Shown: one piece after another, positions 54,008 to 64,000 of the stretch | Layout of the letters: every line of letters starts with the position of its first letter | How positions within the stretch are numbered: the stretch's first letter is position 1 | Virus record (IMG/VR): IMGVR_UViG_3300044608_000145 | Location: 1 to 64,000 of that record | Direction: 5' to 3' (one strand) | From: a virus | Lineage: Duplodnaviria; Caudoviricetes | Length of the DNA stretch: 64,000 nt | Program-made: the position numbers and the translations under genes | Notes under the pieces: model-generated | Seen by the model: the letters and a program-made list of their open reading frames with translations, nothing else | What the model was told of the DNA's origin: nothing | Database searches by the model: none

Positions 54008-54877
54008 TTATTGAATTTCGCTAGTATATTGTTCCGTATCGCCATCAACAATTGTCGTCACGATAGTTCCAACAATGGTATTAAATACAGTATCGGTAGA
54101 TCTAGAAGTTGATGCAGTCGTAGATTTTGATATCGATGCACCAGTAGCAAACACCGTATCATATTTAGTGGTTGTACCATAGAACGTATTAAATGACGTT
54201 GTTGTTGCGGTCGCTTTAGAAGTAGACTTAGAGGTTGATTTACTGGTATCATAAACCGAACCAAATACAGTAGTTGTTGCAAAAGAAGTATTTTTGGAAG
54301 TATCAGTCGATCTAGAAGTATCAGTTGTTCTAGAAGTTTCATTTCCTGTTAATGTTAATTTGCTAGTTTCTCTTGTGGTTCCAACTGCTATATCACTACC
54401 TGATTCTTTATCAAAAATAAATGTAAATGTATCTGTTAGATAAGTCGTAGTGGTATTTACACCACCAGTAATATAGGTTGTAGTCGTACCATATACAGTA
54501 GTCGTCGCATATGTTGTTAATATTGTTGTATCTGTACTGCGAGCTGTACCAGTTAAAGTGCTTCTACTTACTTCTTTAGTAAGAAAAACTGGTTCGCCAG
54601 ATACTGTAGTTGTTATTGTTGTATTATATGTTGTAGTCGTTGAAACTTCATTAGAAGTTCCGAATACAGTATTATAAACAGTGTCATAAACTGTTGTAGT
54701 ATTTGTAGATTTGGATGTTAGCTGGCTTGTATCAGTTAATTTTTGCGTTTCAAAATTAGTATCATATCCAGTAACATAAAGAGTTACAAACGTAGTGTTA
54801 AATACTGTTGATGTTGAACGCGAAGTTTGTCCTGTCGTTTGTCTAACAATATAAGAATTTAACAAAAACCCGCCCAT
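54008..54877 (-). CDS. Thr-rich protein with branched self-complementary beta-hairpin pattern
   Basis: Same (T-x)n and aromatic-versus-K/R pairing code as 44885-48493. Confidence 0.7.
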   Translation of the reverse strand: MGGFLLNSYIVRQTTGQTSRSTSTVFNTTFVTLYVTGYDTNFETQKLTDTSQLTSKSTNTTTVYDTVYNTVFGTSNEVSTTTTYNTTITTTVSGEPVFLTKEVSRSTLTGTARSTDTTILTTYATTTVYGTTTTYITGGVNTTTTYLTDTFTFIFDKESGSDIAVGTTRETSKLTLTGNETSRTTDTSRSTDTSKNTSFATTTVFGSVYDTSKSTSKSTSKATATTTSFNTFYGTTTKYDTVFATGASISKSTTASTSRSTDTVFNTIVGTIVTTIVDGDTEQYTSEIQ

Positions 54878-54878
54878 A

Positions 54879-56606
54879 TTAGGCTCGCTTGTAATATAGT
54901 GTTACTTTTAGTCCCTTCGCGCCACCACCAGCCACGTCGATATCCATAGTAATTTCGTCGTCATCAGCAATACTGGTTGATGATAGAACTGCAGCAGTAG
55001 CAGCAGTCGTACTTGTTTTTTCGTTCGCGTCAATTGTTAGTTTGGTGCTTAAAATAGAAGCACCATTTACATTAATGTCAACCGTAGGAGTTCCCGAACT
55101 AGAAGCAGTTGCTAAAGAAGCGCGAGGAATTTTAGTTAGAGTCCAAGCAAATGGAGCGCGGAATGTAATCTTTGCTGTACCAGTTGTAATGCTAGTAGTT
55201 TCATCAGAAAGAGCAAGAGTTAGTGATTGTTCAATACCAAGAGCCACTGCATTTGTTGAGAGAACAAATCCGTTCGCTACGTTTAATGTACCAGAAATAG
55301 TTGTGTTTCCAGTTGTGGTATTATTACCAGTTGTAACTACATTACCAGTTGCGACATTGCCAGAGACACTTAATGTTCCTGTTAGCGTGGTATTACCAAC
55401 TGCCATGGTATTAACAATTGTTACTGCGCCATTAACAGCAAGTGTGCTTCTTAGATTAACAGCACCACCAACGTTAGCAGTAGATACGATATTTGCATAT
55501 CCATCAACGTTTAGATTACCAGAAATATTCGTGTTACCAACGTTTAGAGTCTGCGCAGTAATCGAGCCAGTAAACGAAGGAGAAGCAGAAAGAACTACTG
55601 AACCAGTACCAGTTGAAGTTGCTGTACCTGTACCACCGCGAGCGACTGGTAGAGTGCCGACTGCGACAGCAGTTGCGTTTACAAACAAACCAGTAGAGTT
55701 AGCAATAATACCAGAGTTAGCTAGAACCGATAAAGTTCCTGTCGAGGTAATTGGACCACCAGTTAGACCTGAGCCAGAAGCAACAGAAGTTACAGTACCA
55801 GTTGTTAGTGTTGACCAATAAACATTACTGGTGCCAGCGCCAGATGTAAGAACTTGACCAGCCGAACCTTGTGAGCCATTAGCTGTAATTCTAGTAGTAC
55901 CAAATGCAACATTACCAGAAATAGTGACTGTATTTGAGAAAGTTGCTGCGTTTGTAACTGTAATGCTGTTTGAGAACGTAGCAAAATTAGTTACAGTAAT
56001 TCTATCGGAGAATGTAACATTAGCTTGGAAAGTACTGTTCGTGCTAGTTGTTAAACCACCACCAATAACAACGTTGCCAGAAATATTAGCAGTACCAGTT
56101 ACAGTCAGAGCAGCATCAGGAGTTGTATTATTTACACCGACTCTATTGTTTACCGAATCAACAAATAAAGTTCCTGAGTCAAAGTTAGAATTTCCTGAGA
56201 AAACAGTCGGAACGGCTGCATAATACCAGCTACTACCGTTGGCGCTATTAGCAGCCAGAAGATAGTGAGTTGCGTTCGCAGCTGTACCAGTGTTGACACT
56301 GCTTAGAGTGTCAATAGTCATCGCACCCTTAACGGCGAGCGAACCGACAGCAGACAAAATAGAGTTTGAAGCAATTACCAGATTAGCAGAAGAAACAGTT
56401 AAGTTTCCGCCAGCTGAACCAGTCACAGTAATGTTGTTTCCGACGAAGCCGTTAGCCACAAAGTAGCCACTGATTGCTGCGTTACCAGAAGCAGTATTTG
56501 ATTCTACCGTAACGACCTGCACAAACGCATTCGCTATTTGGTTGGTTCTTGTCAACCAAGTCGAAAAATTGTCTGTAGTCGCGACGTTTGCGAATGTAAT
56601 TGCCAT
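54879..56606 (-). CDS. Tail fibre / short fibre protein
   Basis: N-terminal TDNFSTWLTRTNQI module typical of baseplate-attached fibres; beta-rich repeats. Confidence 0.7.
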   Translation of the reverse strand: MAITFANVATTDNFSTWLTRTNQIANAFVQVVTVESNTASGNAAISGYFVANGFVGNNITVTGSAGGNLTVSSANLVIASNSILSAVGSLAVKGAMTIDTLSSVNTGTAANATHYLLAANSANGSSWYYAAVPTVFSGNSNFDSGTLFVDSVNNRVGVNNTTPDAALTVTGTANISGNVVIGGGLTTSTNSTFQANVTFSDRITVTNFATFSNSITVTNAATFSNTVTISGNVAFGTTRITANGSQGSAGQVLTSGAGTSNVYWSTLTTGTVTSVASGSGLTGGPITSTGTLSVLANSGIIANSTGLFVNATAVAVGTLPVARGGTGTATSTGTGSVVLSASPSFTGSITAQTLNVGNTNISGNLNVDGYANIVSTANVGGAVNLRSTLAVNGAVTIVNTMAVGNTTLTGTLSVSGNVATGNVVTTGNNTTTGNTTISGTLNVANGFVLSTNAVALGIEQSLTLALSDETTSITTGTAKITFRAPFAWTLTKIPRASLATASSSGTPTVDINVNGASILSTKLTIDANEKTSTTAATAAVLSSTSIADDDEITMDIDVAGGGAKGLKVTLYYKRA

Positions 56607-56825
56607 TTATTTTCTCTCCGCCAGAACCGCTACGATTAGCGATTTTAACTCATTTATGTTTTGTTCTAATGAAACAACTTTGTTTTCTAACTCATCGACC
56701 TTACTAAACTTCTCGCGTCGTTTGCGATATGCTTCTAACGCTTGTACATTGGTATTTAGTACTGCACCTGAACTCGTATCTTTTACTAAATCTGGAGCAT
56801 CTTCAATTTTCAAATAATTCGTCAT
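56607..56825 (-). CDS. Small coiled-coil virion-associated protein
   Basis: DLVKDTSSGAVLNTN...INELKSLI; typical position after the large structural gene. Confidence 0.65.
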   Translation of the reverse strand: MTNYLKIEDAPDLVKDTSSGAVLNTNVQALEAYRKRREKFSKVDELENKVVSLEQNINELKSLIVAVLAERK

Positions 56826-58429
56826 TTTTGCAGCGCGATAACTCGTAGGTCAGTAATTCTAGGTGGGTTATATTCATAACCCGAATCTGCTGTCAATACA
56901 ATTTTAATGCTGTATTTCTTGAAGCGAACGAAGTCGCCTGTTTCAGGAGCAGTTGCGCTGTAAGCAAAATATCCTTCACTGTTCTTGTATTCAGCAGGAA
57001 TTTCGAACTCAAACTCACGGAAATCGTTTAGATTCTTAGGATCTGAGAAAACACCAGCTGGCGTCACTTGAGTCAGTTCGATCCAAGGAAGACTATCGAA
57101 GTCTCTAAAATCTTCGGCTGCTTGGAACTTACCATAAACTACAACACCAGTGTTCTTAGGTTTGTATGCGTCAACATAAACTTTAATATCTTCTGCATCT
57201 TGACCATCAGCTAGTCCGATAACGCGAGAAACATATTTCGCATCAGCAGCACCTTCGCGCGTTGTTTCGTTTGTTGTATTAGCGTTTACTCTATTTGTAA
57301 CGAGTAACATCTGCGAACCATCAAGTCTAATAATTGGAGCAACATATTCATTCGTAGCATTTAGTACAGCTTGAACTTGTAATGAAGAATTACCAGCTAG
57401 GATACTTCCGTTAGCTTCGTTGCTATAACTTAGCAAGTATCTAGATTTATCTGCGAATGTTTTTTCTTCAGAATCAGAAATATTGAAGTAGTTAGGATCT
57501 TCTGAGAAATTAGAGCCTTCTAAGAAAGTACCACTCATTTTTAGAGTTAGTTCGCTAGTTGGCTTTTTATCAATATTTAATCTAGGAATGATAGAATGAT
57601 ATTCGTAGTCTTTAATTGATTCCACTGTACCATTTAATAGTCTTACAGTTTTAGTTGTACCATTTACAATCATTTGACGATAGATTTGAATTTGATCATT
57701 CGCAGTAAATGTTTGACCTGCAACAGTATCAACCAACATGACGTATTTTTCGCTAGTAGAATCTTCGTAACGATACATTGCGACAAACTTACCTTTTTCT
57801 GAATATGTTTCGCCAAATGCGCCAACCGAGTCAGAGCTATAAGGCATTAAACTTTGTACACGATTTACATCTTTAATTACGAGATATTCTAGATTTTCTT
57901 TATTTCTAAGAGTGACTGTACCAGTAGTATTTACGTTAAATTTAGCGCGATACAATACGAACTTAATATCTTGATTGACAAGTTCTGAGTAAGTAGAGTC
58001 TGTTTCTGAATAAAATGCTTTTTCTGTAAGCGGATTACTATTGACAATAGTATCAGTAATCAAATCTCGTTCGCCACGAGTAGCACCCCAAACAGCAAAG
58101 TCAGAACTTGGCGTTTGAATAGCAAAGCAATAGTTCTTAGAAGAATCCAAGAAAACTGGAGTATCAAATTGAAAAGTAGTTTCAGTAGCACCAGTGTTAG
58201 ATACAGAAATAGAATCTGTCTCAAGAGTTACAGTAGATCCTGGAACAATTGAGTTTCTATCTGGTAGACCATCGGCCATTTCCATCAAAAATACTTTAAC
58301 GCTAGATGCGCCTTTTCTCTTGAAGAATAAGCCAAGTTTAGTAGCATAGATGCCCGTTGCCTCTCCAGGAGAAGCGACTGAAAATGCTTGAGCTAAAAAC
58401 TTTAACGAATTGGTTGTTGCGGTTGGCAT
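56822..58429 (-). CDS. Structural protein matching the C-terminal part of VrlC/DUF4815-type baseplate proteins
   Basis: LAQAF, TTFQFDTPVFL, QDIKFVLYRAKF, PPRITDLRVIAL. Confidence 0.7.
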   Translation of the reverse strand: MPTATTNSLKFLAQAFSVASPGEATGIYATKLGLFFKRKGASSVKVFLMEMADGLPDRNSIVPGSTVTLETDSISVSNTGATETTFQFDTPVFLDSSKNYCFAIQTPSSDFAVWGATRGERDLITDTIVNSNPLTEKAFYSETDSTYSELVNQDIKFVLYRAKFNVNTTGTVTLRNKENLEYLVIKDVNRVQSLMPYSSDSVGAFGETYSEKGKFVAMYRYEDSTSEKYVMLVDTVAGQTFTANDQIQIYRQMIVNGTTKTVRLLNGTVESIKDYEYHSIIPRLNIDKKPTSELTLKMSGTFLEGSNFSEDPNYFNISDSEEKTFADKSRYLLSYSNEANGSILAGNSSLQVQAVLNATNEYVAPIIRLDGSQMLLVTNRVNANTTNETTREGAADAKYVSRVIGLADGQDAEDIKVYVDAYKPKNTGVVVYGKFQAAEDFRDFDSLPWIELTQVTPAGVFSDPKNLNDFREFEFEIPAEYKNSEGYFAYSATAPETGDFVRFKKYSIKIVLTADSGYEYNPPRITDLRVIALQK

Positions 58430-58466
58430 TTATTTCTCCAAATATTCTTTTATTTCGGCTTCTTTA

Positions 58467-61400
58467 TTACAATCCAACTTCTGTGCCTATTACTGCTGGT
58501 CCTTGATCCGGAAGTCCAGTCTGCGGATTGACTTGTGATATAGTCATAGGATTGGTTGCGTCGTAGAACAAATAATATCCAGCACCAATTATAGATGGAA
58601 TATATCTCAAGGCTCCTTCTGGGATTCCAGCGCCAACATTTCCTGGTCCTGCTTTTAGTGGTCCATCAAGAATAGTAACGACTGGAATCTGAGTTGGATC
58701 GCATGGTTTACATGGGTCTAGCGAAGTGCTATTAGTAAAGCTAATTGTTTTCTCTGTTGTAGCAAGAACAACCGCAGCAGAACTATAATATGTAGCTGTT
58801 ACAGTAAGAGTTGTATTTGCTGGATTGCTCCAACCAATTCCTACAGAGCGACCGCCATTAGTTAATGCTTGGTTGCTTGTAATTGAAGCAGTACCGACGT
58901 TTGCTGCAGAGAAATTTGTACCAGACAAGCTTCCCGATGGAGCATTACCAACTACGCCAATAGTCACATAGCCACCAGTTACACGATTGGCTGTCATATC
59001 GCCACGGAATTCTAGGTTGACCCAGTTGACTGCTTTTGCAGTTGAAGCGTCTGACATGTAGTAGCTGTTGTTGTTTCCAGATATTACATTTAACATGGTT
59101 AGTTTTAGGTCACCATCAGATTCAAACTTAGTCAACTGAACTGGTTTTACAACTTCAGAAACAGTACTATTATTGCCACTAACTTTTAGTTTTACATAAA
59201 CTGTTTCAACCATTGAAGGGAATGTAAATGTAATGTCTGATGGATTTTGTACTGAAGAATTAGCAGAACTTGGTGTTACACAACCAGTTGAACATTGAAC
59301 GAAAGTCCATTCCCATGCAACAGGTGCTTCAAGAGTTGAACCTTCTGGAGCAATAACACCTCTATTTGTTCTATCAATAAATGATAAAGTATGAGAAGTT
59401 CCATCTTCGACAACCAATGTTCCGACAACATCAAAGTCAGCAACAATTAATGGAGTCTTTGGTACTAGTGGTGGTTCAACAACTGGATTTCCTGGAACTT
59501 CTTCGACAAGAGAAATTACAAATGCGCCAAGGGATCTTGAAGAAGGAGTGGCTGGAGATACGGTGTCAGTTACAGACAACACGTGGTTTCCTAGCGATAG
59601 ATTTCCTGGAATTGTAGCAACTGCATACAACACGCCAGTTGAATCAGAATATAGAGCTTCGCCTTGTAGACCATCAACAGTTACATTTGAAGCGATCTTA
59701 GTTACACCATACGCGATATTTCCTGGCGTTGCCAACGAAGAATAGTCAACGTTATCTATGCTAATGTAATGTCTAGTCGATGGTTTTAATCCGCGAGCAA
59801 TTAACTTAACAGTTCTATTCATAGGATAGATATACTGTTCGTTGTATTGAGTGGTCGTAGGTGTAACCGTCATAGTTGTTACAGGATATTTTAACGATTG
59901 CTCAACGTCAGCAAATCTTGTCTTATCTAGTTCTACAGCACCGCTATCATATTTGTCATTAGGATCAATTGCGATTTCGCGAGTGGCATATTCCTGAGAA
60001 ATAAACTTAGTATTTGCATCGTAGCCAACAGTTACAAAGTTCTTACTGTAGCTGATGTTATTAGCTGTATCTCTAATTACTGAAGTAGATGTGCTATTTG
60101 CATTGTTAATTTCAATCTCAACTGTTTCAGTAGAAACCATTGGACGACCGATACCAGTTGTTGGGTCGATCACGATTGTGTGCTCTGCATCACCTAGTCT
60201 TGCTAGGTTATGATTATCAAATGGATCAACGAAGAAACCATTTTTGAAGCGATCTACGCCATTAGTATCTGGGATATTTAACTGAGTAGCTTTTTGCTCT
60301 AAGCGAGTTAGAGTGGTAAAATACTCAAGAGAAGAAACGCGCTGGTCGATAGCAGCAATATCTTTCATTCTATAACGCTTATTAGAAATAGGCGAGATAT
60401 TCATTGTGTAAGGCGCATTAATTACGTACTGCGATTCAGCAACAGTCAATGAAGGATATGGTGGAATATAAGTTGTCGCTACAACCATCTGGTCGTCAGA
60501 CTCTGCTCTTGGCGCACGAGGGACTATTGCAGATTCGCCCTCTACAACTTCAAATACACCCTTAGAAGTTAGAACAACAACATCACGACGAGGTAGATAA
60601 TAAGTTAGATTACATTCAAAGTTTTGACCAGGATATGGATTGTAATCAGTTGTACCTGAATTAAACAGTGTCGCTGGCGGTGGGTTGACTGTTGTTGCCG
60701 AAGCATTAGAAGTCAAGTTCGCTGTATTTGCTCGATATGGACGGAAATCAATAGAATCACGCAAAGCAAAACGACGGTTGCGTGTAGCAGAATAGTAAGA
60801 AGGAATTTCCCAAGTCCTTACATACTGCGAAGTGTTTGCGCCGATAGCGTCATTTACGCTATAAGACTCAACCGAGAAGAAGCCTTTACCAAGAGTAGCA
60901 TTAGCAGCGAAACAATCAAAGTCAACGATTAGATACGAGTTTGAAAGATTAGCAGTAGATTTAGGATATAGAACTGCGTGGTCATAGTGCGTATCACGCT
61001 GACCGAAATCGTATGTAAAGAATTGTTTGATATCGCTAACAGCTTGATTGTTATCTGAGTTTAAATCTTTAGTTTTTGAGACGCGGTTAATTTTAAGCAC
61101 GTCTGGAACACCAAGATTAAATCCATAAGGATGAACGATCTCGTAAGTATTAGCTGATAGACTTGTAGAGAATGCAGTATCTACAGAAAGTTGGGTTGTG
61201 TTGGCGATAGCTGTAACTTTCTTAGTTTCGCCATTTGCTTTAATATAGTTACCAACCTTGAAATCGGTACTAAATGCAGTAGAAGTACCAGTTACAGTAT
61301 TTCCTGAAGTAGCAATAGCACCAGCAAGCGAACCATTGTAGAAACGGACTAATTGGTTGCGTTTAATTTCTTTGGCGATTGGGCGAGCGTTAGACTTTCT

Positions 61401-63950
61401 AGCGTAAGCATTAACTTTAATAGCTGTCGCGCCAGAAGCAGTAAAGTCAGGTCCAAGATCAACAGTTAAACTTTGTAGAGTTGAGTTTAACGCAATTGTT
61501 CTGTTGCTTGTAGACAAACTAATAATAGAACCTTTCTCGTGGAAACGAGCATAGGTATTTGCTACAGCAGCTGCACCGTGAGCAGTTCTTGTTGTCATCG
61601 TAGTATTACTTACGATCGAGTTTACGATTACTGCAGTATTTCCTGCTACTGTAATCTTCTCACCTACAACAAAATCACGCTGGAAGAATGTGCTAGTTCC
61701 AGTAATGGTGGTTGTAGTAGAGTTAGCAACAGAAACTGTACCACTTAGATTTACAGTCGTTAGAGCTGCACCAGTAAGAACGATATCTACTTTTTCTTCA
61801 GAGAAATCGGTGTTATCTGAGAAGCCAAAGAACGAACCACCGTCGGTTAAGCTGATAGTTGTAGTACCATTGTTTGCTAGGGAAGCATCAATAGAAGCAT
61901 TGTAATAGAACTCGGTATCAGAATCGCCTTGTTCATTTCTTAGATCTCTGACAGCGCGATTCGTTAAACCAAATACGAGGGCTGTGTAGTCAGTAGCTTC
62001 TAGCTTAGGATCGACAAACCCATCAATAGTTAAGTTTACAGTTAAGCCTGTACCCGAACCGCCTGTAACAGCAGCGCCAGACAATGTTGGATTGGCAGTA
62101 TATTTACCACCCTGAATTAGAGAAATAGATGTGACGTTGCCTGAAGCATTGTTTACCGTTATAAGTGCAGTCGCAGAGTCACCAAGACCACCACTTACTG
62201 TAACAATGTCACCATTTGTATATCCACCACCGTTGGCAGAAATAGTAGCAGTGTAAACAGAGTTAGCGAGTTGCGAAACAGCAACGTCAGCAAACGCATT
62301 AGCAGTATTGGCATATACAATAGAACGAACTTTATTAAAGTTTTGATTTTCGTTCATCTTGACATTAAACAGATACATGTTGTATTGTGCTAATGGAGCA
62401 CCTTTGTCTGCGCTGTCGGTATCATAAACTAGGTTACGAATATTAGCTGTACCAATAACAGTACCAGTAGCAGAACTTGTTGAATTCAAGCTGGCAGTAA
62501 TAGCATTCTGGAATGAATCATATAGATTTACTGAAGCCGATTGGTCAGCTGGGAAATATCCACGAAGTTCTTCAACAGGAATGTAGCTACCATAATTCAT
62601 TGAAACAATTTGTTGTACTGGTGATTCAGTATCAACACCGCGACGAGAACTCAATACTTGGTTTGACTTAAAGTCAACAGCATTACCACGAACATATGCT
62701 TTACCAGCACCGATGTCATAGTAGAATTCTTGAGTATTGGCGGATGGTTTAGAAGTAATGGTAAAGTCTTTTACAGTATAGTGACCTGACTCATCATATG
62801 TACGCTGAGCCATTTCTTGGCCAACTGCGCCACCAACAGAAGTGTTATTCCATCTTAGAATATTGTCTGGACCAAATTCAGCCACAGCAAAGAATACTTC
62901 AGTATTAGGAAGTGCAGTTTTCGCATAAGAAACGAAATTAGTTTCTAGTTTTAGTCGGTGTGCGCCAGGAGCTGCGCCATTTGATAAGTCAGCAGAGTTA
63001 TCATACAACGAAGAATCAGCAAATTCGTCTACTATCGTTTCGGTTGTTTCCATACCAACGATAATACCATTAGCAGCAGAAGGACCACCAGCCGAAGCAT
63101 TTAGAATTAGAGTTTGTGTATCTGTCTTTACGAAGAAACCTTTTTGATACACAATACCTTCTGAGACGCTTAGAGCATAAGCATTACCAACGCCAGTATA
63201 TCTGTTATCACCAGGAGTTGTAAGAATAGTTGTGTTTGCTAGATTATTGCTAAAATTAAGCTCGATTGCAGATACAGTCGTACTTACAGATGTGTTAGAT
63301 AGAAGTTGAATTGTTTCTCCAACAGTAAAATCTTTTCTAACATTAGTAATAGTAATTTCGTTAGAGGTAGTATTGGCAGCTGTGATTAAACCACGAGCAT
63401 CAGAAGTTGTACCTCTAATACGACCATTTACAGCAAAATTGGTAGCATTAGCAACAGTAATGACTGATGTTCCGAGATAAGATTTATCTTCGCCATAAAT
63501 TACAATAGATTCGCCTTCTTGGAATCCGCTAATACCGTTCTTACCAGTAGAAGTATATTTTACAAAAAACTTTGATGGTTCTGCGGATGCAGCAAAGCCA
63601 AGTTCGCCTTTTAGAATTCTAGCTTGAACGCCAGAGTTAGCGCCATAAAGAATAGCGCCAACATAAGAAGTGTTAGAAGCATTAAATGTAGTATTAGAAT
63701 CAGGAACAGCAACATATACAGCATCAGGAATTACTGTCGGAGCACAGCCCTTAATGATACTGCCTTGCTTGAACACGCCATCGCCAAATCGTTCGATTTG
63801 GTTTTGTAGAATAGTTTGAAGCTGAGTTAATTCTCTAGCTTGAACTGGAAATGATGGTCTAAACAATACTCGATGAAACTTTTTGGTTTCATCAAAATCG
63901 TCATAGTATGGTGCCGACGCTAGAGTTGTGTTTGCAATATCAGCTGACAT
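58467..63950 (-). CDS. Large VrlC/DUF4815-type baseplate/structural protein
   Basis: PYYDDFDE.K.FHRVLFRP..PVQARELTQLQTILQNQIE, APGAHRLK, RTYDESGHY, DRFKNGFFVDPF. Confidence 0.8.
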   Translation of the reverse strand: MSADIANTTLASAPYYDDFDETKKFHRVLFRPSFPVQARELTQLQTILQNQIERFGDGVFKQGSIIKGCAPTVIPDAVYVAVPDSNTTFNASNTSYVGAILYGANSGVQARILKGELGFAASAEPSKFFVKYTSTGKNGISGFQEGESIVIYGEDKSYLGTSVITVANATNFAVNGRIRGTTSDARGLITAANTTSNEITITNVRKDFTVGETIQLLSNTSVSTTVSAIELNFSNNLANTTILTTPGDNRYTGVGNAYALSVSEGIVYQKGFFVKTDTQTLILNASAGGPSAANGIIVGMETTETIVDEFADSSLYDNSADLSNGAAPGAHRLKLETNFVSYAKTALPNTEVFFAVAEFGPDNILRWNNTSVGGAVGQEMAQRTYDESGHYTVKDFTITSKPSANTQEFYYDIGAGKAYVRGNAVDFKSNQVLSSRRGVDTESPVQQIVSMNYGSYIPVEELRGYFPADQSASVNLYDSFQNAITASLNSTSSATGTVIGTANIRNLVYDTDSADKGAPLAQYNMYLFNVKMNENQNFNKVRSIVYANTANAFADVAVSQLANSVYTATISANGGGYTNGDIVTVSGGLGDSATALITVNNASGNVTSISLIQGGKYTANPTLSGAAVTGGSGTGLTVNLTIDGFVDPKLEATDYTALVFGLTNRAVRDLRNEQGDSDTEFYYNASIDASLANNGTTTISLTDGGSFFGFSDNTDFSEEKVDIVLTGAALTTVNLSGTVSVANSTTTTITGTSTFFQRDFVVGEKITVAGNTAVIVNSIVSNTTMTTRTAHGAAAVANTYARFHEKGSIISLSTSNRTIALNSTLQSLTVDLGPDFTASGATAIKVNAYARKSNARPIAKEIKRNQLVRFYNGSLAGAIATSGNTVTGTSTAFSTDFKVGNYIKANGETKKVTAIANTTQLSVDTAFSTSLSANTYEIVHPYGFNLGVPDVLKINRVSKTKDLNSDNNQAVSDIKQFFTYDFGQRDTHYDHAVLYPKSTANLSNSYLIVDFDCFAANATLGKGFFSVESYSVNDAIGANTSQYVRTWEIPSYYSATRNRRFALRDSIDFRPYRANTANLTSNASATTVNPPPATLFNSGTTDYNPYPGQNFECNLTYYLPRRDVVVLTSKGVFEVVEGESAIVPRAPRAESDDQMVVATTYIPPYPSLTVAESQYVINAPYTMNISPISNKRYRMKDIAAIDQRVSSLEYFTTLTRLEQKATQLNIPDTNGVDRFKNGFFVDPFDNHNLARLGDAEHTIVIDPTTGIGRPMVSTETVEIEINNANSTSTSVIRDTANNISYSKNFVTVGYDANTKFISQEYATREIAIDPNDKYDSGAVELDKTRFADVEQSLKYPVTTMTVTPTTTQYNEQYIYPMNRTVKLIARGLKPSTRHYISIDNVDYSSLATPGNIAYGVTKIASNVTVDGLQGEALYSDSTGVLYAVATIPGNLSLGNHVLSVTDTVSPATPSSRSLGAFVISLVEEVPGNPVVEPPLVPKTPLIVADFDVVGTLVVEDGTSHTLSFIDRTNRGVIAPEGSTLEAPVAWEWTFVQCSTGCVTPSSANSSVQNPSDITFTFPSMVETVYVKLKVSGNNSTVSEVVKPVQLTKFESDGDLKLTMLNVISGNNNSYYMSDASTAKAVNWVNLEFRGDMTANRVTGGYVTIGVVGNAPSGSLSGTNFSAANVGTASITSNQALTNGGRSVGIGWSNPANTTLTVTATYYSSAAVVLATTEKTISFTNSTSLDPCKPCDPTQIPVVTILDGPLKAGPGNVGAGIPEGALRYIPSIIGAGYYLFYDATNPMTISQVNPQTGLPDQGPAVIGTEVGL

Positions 63951-63962
63951 TAATTCGCTCCG

Positions 63963-64000
63963 TTAGAATCTTATTACTAATTTAACTTGTTCTTTATTTG
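63963..64000 (-). CDS. C-terminal fragment of a probable baseplate wedge protein (gp8-like), truncated by the window
   Basis: ...NKEQVKLVIRF* resembles gp8-type C-termini; synteny. Confidence 0.45.
   Translation of the reverse strand, partial: NKEQVKLVIRF

Noticed and set aside
48496-56606. Diversity-generating retroelement acting on fibres
   Set aside because: No reverse transcriptase and no TR/VR pair with adenine-specific differences seen in the window
1-64000. tRNA or rRNA genes
   Set aside because: Intergenic gaps are short and explained by promoters and terminators; no cloverleaf or T-loop motif noticed by eye

Overview
A 64-kb segment of a large T4-like (Tevenvirinae/Kyanoviridae-style) myophage genome. 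Essentially all genes are on the minus strand. In transcription order (right to left) it holds baseplate and tail-fibre genes, a very long Thr-rich fibre-tip protein with two glycosyltransferase-like neighbours, neck, tail and head genes (gp13-gp23, gp3), uvsY/uvsW, gp55, gp47/46, a DNA-hypermodification cassette (cytidylyltransferase, GT-B, TET/JBP dioxygenase), the replisome (gp45, 44, 62, regA, gp43, uvsX, gp41), CobT/CobS, ThyX, and a late operon of probable packaged enzymes. The most striking signal is in the 1202-aa Thr-rich protein (44885-48493). It has two arms of exactly 457 residues that are mirror-complementary (aromatic opposite K/R/small, Thr opposite Thr) around a central globular domain, implying one roughly 150-nm antiparallel beta-hairpin fibre. 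A second protein (54008-54877) uses the same pairing code in a branched form. Other highlights: the TET and GT enzymes end in the same clamp-binding-type peptide as the DNA polymerase; a ligase-like plus HAD phosphatase operon carries capsid-targeting-like N-termini; gp15 appears to start at ATT; ten TTTACT-N17-TATAAT promoters and clustered IHF-consensus sites are present. All calls come from motif recognition by eye; no searches were run.
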